Shown here piece by piece: positions 57,849-64,000 of a DNA stretch of 64,000 nucleotides; the stretch's first letter is position 1, and each line of letters starts with the position of its first letter. The notes under the pieces are model-generated. The model was given only the letters and a program-made list of their open reading frames with translations, had not been told where the DNA came from and searched no databases. Source of the DNA: a virus; the IMG/VR virus record IMGVR_UViG_3300028581_000020, positions 40,528 through 104,527 of that record, one strand, 5' to 3'. Made by a program: the position numbers and the translations under genes.

Positions 57849-58129
57849 TTCGTGAGCTCAAGCCCAGCCGAGAGGTACTTGTTGAGCGCTGCCTCTTCGA
57901 CCTTCAGTAGATCGTAGAGCTCAGCGATCAGAGCCATGTCCTGCTTATCTTGTTTCTTTTCTTCCGCCAAAATGTCCATCTGCACTTTACGCCAGCGCTC
58001 GATCGGCTCACGCTTGAGCTTGACCAGCCCCTTCTCGGCAAAAATCTCGATGATCGAGAGCGCCGTGTTGAGTGCCGTCATGCCCGGGATGAGCGAATCC
58101 GTTGCTGGCAGGGGTACAACAATGTCCAT
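57845..58129 (-). CDS. hypothetical lysis-cassette protein
   Basis: 94 aa, ATGA coupled. Confidence 0.55.
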   Translation of the reverse strand: MDIVVPLPATDSLIPGMTALNTALSIIEIFAEKGLVKLKREPIERWRKVQMDILAEEKKQDKQDMALIAELYDLLKVEEAALNKYLSAGLELTK

Positions 58130-58135
58130 GGCAGC

Positions 58136-58276
58136 TTAGGCTTTGCCGAGGAATTTCTTCAGGCCGTTGATGACAAGCTGAACAATGCTGTTTGACTTGA
58201 AGGCCGGGATCAAAGCAAGAGCTTCAGACACCGCGAGAAGCGCACCGAGAATGAGAGCGATCGTCGAATTTTCCAT
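58136..58276 (-). CDS. 46-aa hydrophobic protein, putative holin (not in the ORF track)
   Basis: MENSTIALILGALLAVSEALALIPAFKSNSIVQLVINGLKKFLGKA*; GGGGA RBS. Confidence 0.6.
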   Translation of the reverse strand: MENSTIALILGALLAVSEALALIPAFKSNSIVQLVINGLKKFLGKA

Positions 58277-58293
58277 TTTGTTCCCCCGAAACG

Positions 58294-58788
58294 CTAGGTT
58301 TTCCTAGCTACCCAAGGATCCAGGAACCCCACAATGGAGAACCTTGGAAACCCTTTTAAGTTACGCTTGACACGATAGACCCCATCGCCGTCCGAATCAA
58401 GGCCGGAAGGGTTTACATTTCCCTCGACCGTCAAAAAATTACCCTTGCGATCGGGCGAGGTCTCAACGATGCCGGCATGCCCGCGCCCTGAGTCATCCGT
58501 TCGCTTCCAAATGATGATGCGCCCGGGGCTGGCCTCTTTTCGCTGGTAAAGCTTGTTGCGATTCCAGAGGGTGAGGCAGTGCTCTGAAAATTGGATGTGA
58601 TCCAGGCCCGACTGCTCGGCTACTTTCTGCAGGACAGTGCACACAAACGCTGCACACCAAGGCTCGCCCTGCGCCACGCCGTCTACCGTCTTCTGGAAGC
58701 CTTCAATGATGTCGCCGGCATTGGCGCCTGACTCGTGGACGCCGAGATAGATTCTAGCCATGTTCACGGTTGCTAGGTGCAGATCCAT
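58294..58788 (-). CDS. CHAP-domain endolysin
   Basis: GVHE..N.G, PWCAAFV (Cys), GHAGIV (His), TVEGN. Confidence 0.9.
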   Translation of the reverse strand: MDLHLATVNMARIYLGVHESGANAGDIIEGFQKTVDGVAQGEPWCAAFVCTVLQKVAEQSGLDHIQFSEHCLTLWNRNKLYQRKEASPGRIIIWKRTDDSGRGHAGIVETSPDRKGNFLTVEGNVNPSGLDSDGDGVYRVKRNLKGFPRFSIVGFLDPWVARKT

Positions 58789-59075
58789 TAGCGTATCCGC
58801 TTCAGCTCTCCGCTGATCTCGCCCAGCTTACGATTCATGTCTTGGAGGGTTGCCTGCAACCGTTCCTCTTTATCATCTAGCCGGGTTTCGATCACGCCAA
58901 ATCGAGTGACACTTGCGGCCTGCGCCTCGGCCTGGGCGTACTTCAGCGTGTTGATGTCGGCTCTAAGCATCGTAAACCAAATCGTACACGGGATCACGAC
59001 GGCGCTTAGAAACCAAACCAGGCCTCGGAGCAGTTGCCCCGAAACCCCTGCGATCTTGTTGTGCCATTCGGCCAT
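58788..59075 (-). CDS. single-TM coiled-coil protein (holin/antiholin-like)
   Basis: One TM then a coiled coil; TAATG coupled to the endolysin. Confidence 0.5.
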   Translation of the reverse strand: MAEWHNKIAGVSGQLLRGLVWFLSAVVIPCTIWFTMLRADINTLKYAQAEAQAASVTRFGVIETRLDDKEERLQATLQDMNRKLGEISGELKRIR

Positions 59076-59078
59076 GAG

Positions 59079-59822
59079 CTATCCCCCGCAGACAGCCATT
59101 CTAAACGGATTTTTCGGATCGCGGTAGTAGCCTTTGACCCAGTTTTCTCGTGGCCCGCGGTTTGTTTCATGCACTTTTATGCAGCCATCAATCCACGCTT
59201 TCCCCCACCAGGGGAGCTTCACTTTCCGTAGGAATTTGATGCGGAGATCAGCCAGCCCCCAGTTTTTTGAGAGCCGCAGCCCTAGCCCCAGCCAGAGAAG
59301 CGAGATCGGATCGGGCTCCTCACCTGCTGCCAGCTCAAGGATTGCCCAGTCACCAGGCTGAAGCATCTCAGTCCACGACCAACGTCCGGGATCGCGGGGG
59401 TTGTACTGAAACCAGTGCTTGCGCCCATACTCGAGAATCGCCCAGGCATGCCCTGAATTGTAGTGGTGCGAGAGGATTGCAAGCGACACCACGTTGTCGT
59501 GCGACTGCCCGATGTCAAGCGGCACGAGGTCGCCTTCTGCATTCTCAAATCTGAGCTCGTGCCCAGGCCACCGCCCGTGGAGCCCCGGCTCAATCTCAGT
59601 CAGCTCCATGTGGCGCTTAAAAGCCAGGAACCCTTCCACTGATCTCGCCTCCGGGTCAAGCTCAAGGAGCCCCTGCGCCAGCGCGTAGCTCGCGTTCTCG
59701 TTGGTTGAGCGCACAGGATATTTCGGACTCAACGGGGGAGCTAGGTTGCCCGGCTCATCTTCAAACAAACCCCCGCCATCGGGAGCAATGTAGCGCTCGA
59801 CGAAGGCGGAGAGGTGGTCCAT
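59079..59822 (-). CDS. hypothetical protein (Trp/His-rich, enzyme-like)
   Basis: 247 aa, GC-rich like phage B; NEN and SHDN motifs; TAATG overlap with the fibre stop. Confidence 0.7.
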   Translation of the reverse strand: MDHLSAFVERYIAPDGGGLFEDEPGNLAPPLSPKYPVRSTNENASYALAQGLLELDPEARSVEGFLAFKRHMELTEIEPGLHGRWPGHELRFENAEGDLVPLDIGQSHDNVVSLAILSHHYNSGHAWAILEYGRKHWFQYNPRDPGRWSWTEMLQPGDWAILELAAGEEPDPISLLWLGLGLRLSKNWGLADLRIKFLRKVKLPWWGKAWIDGCIKVHETNRGPRENWVKGYYRDPKNPFRMAVCGG

Positions 59823-61142
59823 TAGTTTCCGACCCTCTCGACGTTGAAATAAGTATTTGCAATAACTCCCGAAATTGTGAGTGTGCTTGCCGAGTTGTTT
59901 CCAAGGCCGTATAGGAAGATTTCAACGTAATCCCCAGCATTCAACTGAAGCGTCGTGCTTCCATTGAACGCGTTGATTGTCGTTGCGGCAGATGTTCTGT
60001 ACCCAAACAGACGAGCGGACGCTCCGTTTTTATATAGGTAAAGCCCGTAATCGGATGCGAGCACGTTCGCGGAGGCAAGTAGGACTGCAGCACTTACGCG
60101 ATACTTACCTGACACCGGGGCCGTGAACCGACTATTGCCGGAGCTAAACGATCCAGTTGTATCGAAGACTGCGGAAGAGAAGGCCACCTTAACGAAACTA
60201 TTGTTCGTTGCTACTCCTGTTTGGTTAGCCCCTCCAAGTGTTGCATCCATCGCGACTGTCTCACTGGCCGCGATCTGCGATGGGCCGGAGATTCGGGAGA
60301 TGGAGAAGTAGTTGTCAGCAACACCTCCTCCGACGTTTAATGCTCCACCTGAGTTTTGGAAGACTTGAATCCCTACCGTGTCCCCTGCGTTAAACAAATA
60401 TTCTGTTGCACCATTCAAAAACGTACCTGCAGAAGCCGTAGGGCCGAATATGTATGCCAGTGTCCGGATATTGCTTCCGTTTACACGCAGACGAACCTCA
60501 CGACCGTTGGTCGAGCTTGCGGCAAAAGCTACTTGAGTCGTAATCCTATACCAGCCAGGGACTGGAATCGTATAGAGACTTGTACCGGTATTCCAAGCCC
60601 CGTGCGTGTCGCTGATTGCGGCGTCGAAAGCTACCAGTGTTCCGGTACTGTCTGGAATCGACTGAGTGGCTGCGCGGCCTGTAGTCATCGCTACGACGCG
60701 AGTGTCCGTCTCAGACGACATCTGCACTTGAGACGACCATCCGGTGATGGGGACGAGGAAAGATCCGCCAAAAACCGTGTTGTTGGCCCAAGCCGTCCCT
60801 AACGTGCCATTGAAATAATTATCTGCCTGTTGGCTAATGATTGCGACCGTTGTTGGAGAACCTGTGGCTACGAGAATATTGCCTGACCATGGGGTTTTAG
60901 ATGCGGTAAGCGCCCCCACAACAGAGTTGTTTACGGCTCTAGTTATGTCCATAGAAAGGCCGCTTGGCAGCGAAATAGAAACTGGTGATCCAGAATTTGT
61001 TCCAGAAGTAACTGTAAACATGACTTCAAGAGAATCACCTACGCGCCGATACTTGGCGATAGATGCAGAAACAGTTCCTAGGCCGACAAATGTAGGAGTG
61101 TAGCTCTGCCAATCCGTAACAGGCGTTCCCTGCGTAATAATT
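59822..61142. repeat. direct repeat copy 2 (shared fibre C-terminal module)
   Basis: Matches 21560-22880; identical blocks 59867-60031 and 60693-61084. Confidence 0.97.
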
Positions 61143-62671
61143 TGAGGCCCGACAACAACATCATCAAATGCTAGTGTGTATGCACTAGTGGACACGCTGC
61201 TAACATGAAGAATTAAGCGATAGCTGGTGCTGTTTGAGGCAGTTTGGAAGGTTCCACGCCATTTACTGCCACCAATGAAATTTTCAATAGAACTTGGTGC
61301 TGGCTGAATGAGTGTTGCATTTGTAATATCATAAATCCAAACAGTCATGTCGCTTGTAGCAAAGGTTCCGGAGACAACTTCGTAATCAAACGAAATGCTT
61401 TGTACTTGTGCTTTGTCAATGGAGGCGATTGTGAAGTCATAAGAGACGCCTTGTCCTTGACGGTTCGCGGCATCCTTTACAAAATTAAAATCATAAGCTC
61501 CGCGAAGAGGCGTTGTGCTCGAAACGTCCCATGTTACGGTAGCAATGCCTCCAGTCCCATCAACGGGAGCTGTTCCTGGAGCGTTAGTATATGTGGTCCA
61601 GCCGGTAGTAAGGCCAGACTCAGCATCGCCTTCTAGAACATAATTAACTACTTGCGTCTTATCTAAACGATAAGGAGCAGCACTAGAAGCGTCGTTCTTA
61701 AAATAAGGGTGTCCATCAGATCCGGGATAGAAGCTTCCATAACCAGAAGCAACAGTAGGACCAGTGGTAGGAGTTGAAAGTTCTACCATACGAGCGGCGT
61801 CTTCTAAACTAATAAGACCCGTTCCGTTAGCGTTAATGCTAATATTCCCATTAGTATCCGTGCTAGAAATTTCATTACCATCAACGCGAATGTTATCGAC
61901 ATCTAGCTGCGTAATTCCTGACATGGCTCCGGCATCATTAAGAGCAACGGTACTACTTTGAATAAAGTTACCAGTCGTTCCATCCCAACGAGCAACGCGG
62001 TCATCAACAACAACACCAGAAGCCGCAATGCCCCCAGAACCACCGACTACGCGCCATCGTGCGGTTGAATCGTCATATTTAAGAATGACAACACCGCCGT
62101 TTTTAAGGGAAATAGTCGAACCGTTTCCAGTAATAATACGGTTGGCGGCAGAAGGATTTGAATCTTCGTTTGGAATACTAATATCACTGCCGCTAGCATT
62201 GATGACATAAAGAACTTTATCTCCGGAAGCTGCAACAATACCGCGCAACGACGTGACAGCGCCGGTAAGGCGAATCGAACCATAAGTAGCGTTTACAAGA
62301 GCGTCAACGTTGCCAGTAGAGGCGTCGTTTTGGTCAGTGACTACAATACCATTACCGTCTAATAGAAGACCGGACGAGATTACCGTTCCAGAACCATTAC
62401 GAGCAAGGATTTTATTAGCGTCACCAACTTCAGTTTTAAGTGAAGATAGTGCAAGATCTTGTACGGTGTTGCTGTCTCCGTCAATCGTTTTATTTGTAAG
62501 CGTGGCTGCGTGGGCTTCCGTTACAACCGGACTAGAAGATGTTCCATTATGATAATTAAGCTTTCCATCTCCGCTAGTGACATCCAAATCACCCTGGTCG
62601 TCGGCTGTGGAGGCGGATTCTGGACGAAGGTTTAAACCCTTCCAAATTTTAGTGAAAACATTGGCAGACAT
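59822..62671 (-). CDS. tail fibre / receptor-binding protein with tandem C1q-like domains
   Basis: AT-rich phage A N-terminus (TLTNKTID, VARWDGTTG, VDNIRVDGN) joined to the shared C-terminus. Confidence 0.85.
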   Translation of the reverse strand: MSANVFTKIWKGLNLRPESASTADDQGDLDVTSGDGKLNYHNGTSSSPVVTEAHAATLTNKTIDGDSNTVQDLALSSLKTEVGDANKILARNGSGTVISSGLLLDGNGIVVTDQNDASTGNVDALVNATYGSIRLTGAVTSLRGIVAASGDKVLYVINASGSDISIPNEDSNPSAANRIITGNGSTISLKNGGVVILKYDDSTARWRVVGGSGGIAASGVVVDDRVARWDGTTGNFIQSSTVALNDAGAMSGITQLDVDNIRVDGNEISSTDTNGNISINANGTGLISLEDAARMVELSTPTTGPTVASGYGSFYPGSDGHPYFKNDASSAAPYRLDKTQVVNYVLEGDAESGLTTGWTTYTNAPGTAPVDGTGGIATVTWDVSSTTPLRGAYDFNFVKDAANRQGQGVSYDFTIASIDKAQVQSISFDYEVVSGTFATSDMTVWIYDITNATLIQPAPSSIENFIGGSKWRGTFQTASNSTSYRLILHVSSVSTSAYTLAFDDVVVGPQIITQGTPVTDWQSYTPTFVGLGTVSASIAKYRRVGDSLEVMFTVTSGTNSGSPVSISLPSGLSMDITRAVNNSVVGALTASKTPWSGNILVATGSPTTVAIISQQADNYFNGTLGTAWANNTVFGGSFLVPITGWSSQVQMSSETDTRVVAMTTGRAATQSIPDSTGTLVAFDAAISDTHGAWNTGTSLYTIPVPGWYRITTQVAFAASSTNGREVRLRVNGSNIRTLAYIFGPTASAGTFLNGATEYLFNAGDTVGIQVFQNSGGALNVGGGVADNYFSISRISGPSQIAASETVAMDATLGGANQTGVATNNSFVKVAFSSAVFDTTGSFSSGNSRFTAPVSGKYRVSAAVLLASANVLASDYGLYLYKNGASARLFGYRTSAATTINAFNGSTTLQLNAGDYVEIFLYGLGNNSASTLTISGVIANTYFNVERVGN

Positions 62672-62681
62672 TTATACCCCT

Positions 62682-63176
62682 TTAATCTTGTTGAAGGATA
62701 GCTTTTGCGCTAAAAGAAATAGTGCCTGTATGGTTGATAGTACCAACGGCAGTTGTAGTGAAAGAAACGGCTCCAGCATCGGAAACTGAAAATTCAATAT
62801 TGGCTCCAGGGGCCGTGGCCATGCGTGTAACCGACCATTTAGAGCCTGATGAATTGTCTGGGTCGTAAACGGCAGTAAACTCACCGGCCTCAGATAGGTG
62901 GGTAGTTGGTGAGTCCCCTTCACGATAAACAGCATAAGTAACAGTGAAGGCCCGAACTAATAGTACCGGGAATTGTAGAGCCGTAATAGGCTGGTCAGTT
63001 ACAACGTTATAAGCGTCAATATTAAGTACCTGAGGAGGAACGTCATAGGGACCAACAATACCAGAAAGGGCCTGTTCGACTGCTTCGGCGAAAGCAATAA
63101 TAGCCTCAGACCAATTTGGACTTTCCCCAGAATCCGGGAATGCGATAGGTGTACCTGAAATAGTAATAATTGGCAT
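62682..63176 (-). CDS. structural protein paralogous to the C-terminal domain of 18893-20443
   Basis: PITALQF..VRAF...DAGAVSFTT...ISFSA versus NVTGLAF..VRSF...DAGQIQYTS...MKFRA. Confidence 0.65.
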   Translation of the reverse strand: MPIITISGTPIAFPDSGESPNWSEAIIAFAEAVEQALSGIVGPYDVPPQVLNIDAYNVVTDQPITALQFPVLLVRAFTVTYAVYREGDSPTTHLSEAGEFTAVYDPDNSSGSKWSVTRMATAPGANIEFSVSDAGAVSFTTTAVGTINHTGTISFSAKAILQQD

Positions 63177-63215
63177 AACATTAGTTGTTAACCGCCAACT
63201 ATAAAAGTATAGGGC

Positions 63216-63998
63216 CTATAACGTTTTTACATATTTAGCCTGACCGGCATCGTATATCTTATAAAGTCCTAACTCTTTAGCGTATTCTTTCTCGGAAAGC
63301 CCCCTGGCGTCCATATTAGCCTTACAATACAGTCTATTAAAGGTCTTTACCCCATCTGTCCATTTCCACCCAAGAGTGGTCCCAGAGCGTTTAAATGCGT
63401 TCTTTTCTAAAGACTCTCCGGTGGCGTAGCGAAGGTCAACAAATGAGACGATTTCTCCACCAAAAGCCTCTAAAAACTTGCAGAGCTTAGAAAAGCCACC
63501 AATAATGGACGTATTAAGTTCATTTGAATAACGAACAATCTCAGAGCCCGTTTTTGTTTCTTTAAAAGTCATGACAGAAACGAGTTTATTATCATAGAAA
63601 AGACCGAGGGCTCTGGAAGCTGGACCTTTCCCCATCAAGTGAGTCCTTTCTAGGAATTCTGAGGCTTCTTTAAACTCGATTTCTTGAAGAGAGCATTTTC
63701 GAGCAAAGATTCTTGTATTCGATTTCTTGATATTACCAATCATGCTTTGAATAATAAGGGGGCGTTCTTTAATCTCGTCTTGTCGAAATTGTAGAAGCCG
63801 CAATCCAACATTTTCATAATCAATTCGTTTATTAATGTGATATTTATTATCTTTCTTGTATAAATCTGAATGGTAAATTAATCCATCAACGTCAATATAT
63901 GTATCCTCTGATAGTTTAAAGTCCGGCTTGTATTTCAGATCATCGCAAATCTTTTTATTAAAAGATGGAAGATTTTCTATGGTCTTTTGGATTTGCGT
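63216..63998 (-). CDS. Hef-like homing endonuclease (Vsr/EDxHD-type nuclease plus C-terminal domain), 5'-truncated
   Basis: Frame is open to the window edge: YKPDFKL...IDVDGLIYHS, then IFARKC...HLMG...GGFSKL...IYDAG. Confidence 0.8.
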   Translation of the reverse strand, partial: TQIQKTIENLPSFNKKICDDLKYKPDFKLSEDTYIDVDGLIYHSDLYKKDNKYHINKRIDYENVGLRLLQFRQDEIKERPLIIQSMIGNIKKSNTRIFARKCSLQEIEFKEASEFLERTHLMGKGPASRALGLFYDNKLVSVMTFKETKTGSEIVRYSNELNTSIIGGFSKLCKFLEAFGGEIVSFVDLRYATGESLEKNAFKRSGTTLGWKWTDGVKTFNRLYCKANMDARGLSEKEYAKELGLYKIYDAGQAKYVKTL

Positions 63999-64000
63999 TT

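Larger units (their letters stand above)
21560..59821. mobile_element. Phage B: apparently complete 38,262-bp podovirus genome unit, circularly permuted at the fibre gene
   Basis: Full packaging, head, tail, replication and lysis gene set; GC-rich; bounded by the direct repeat. Confidence 0.9.
61143..64000. mobile_element. Phage A, right segment
   Basis: Return to AT-rich composition; same strand; paralogy to left-segment genes. Confidence 0.8.

Noticed and set aside
21560-59821. Classical prophage integration at attL/attR
   Set aside because: No tyrosine or serine recombinase ORF is recognisable in B, and the flanking repeat is ~1.3 kb of imperfect coding homology rather than a short att core.
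59822-61142. Terminal repeat of a single phage, or invertible fibre cassette
   Set aside because: Copies differ at many sites, have different N-termini, are in direct orientation, and no invertase is present.
1-64000. tRNA, rRNA, stop-codon reassignment, T7-like RNA polymerase
   Set aside because: None seen; genes are full length and tightly packed under the standard code, and promoters are host sigma70-type.

Overview
The window holds parts of two unrelated tailed (podovirus-like) phage genomes, one nested inside the other. Phage A is AT-rich (roughly 40% GC by eye) and occupies 1-21559 and about 61100-64000. It carries a dUTPase end, HNH and homing endonucleases, a lysis-like membrane cluster with an exported ClpP-like protease, ejection proteins, a large tail nozzle, an adaptor and fibres. 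Phage B is GC-rich (roughly 55-60% by eye) and appears complete at 38,262 bp. It has BPP-1/T7-style head and tail genes, terminase, primase-helicase, SNF2 helicase, SSB, exonuclease, family A DNA polymerase, VRR-NUC and a CHAP lysis cassette; no integrase or repressor was seen. B lies between two direct copies of a ~1.3 kb fibre C-terminal module (21560-22880 and 59822-61142) that include perfectly identical blocks of 392 and 165 bp. Each junction gene is an intact hybrid, which is the geometry of a single crossover between two circles. It could be a real phage-in-phage cointegrate or an assembly passing through a shared repeat; either way it records recent receptor-binding module exchange. 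Several proteins suggest a Bdellovibrionota (predatory) host, notably a DslA-like lysozyme that could open the prey wall. Other notable items are a fibre with a signal peptide, a candidate ~80-nt countertranscript upstream of the primase, and a structured capsid-gene leader. No tRNA, rRNA, CRISPR or reverse transcriptase was seen.
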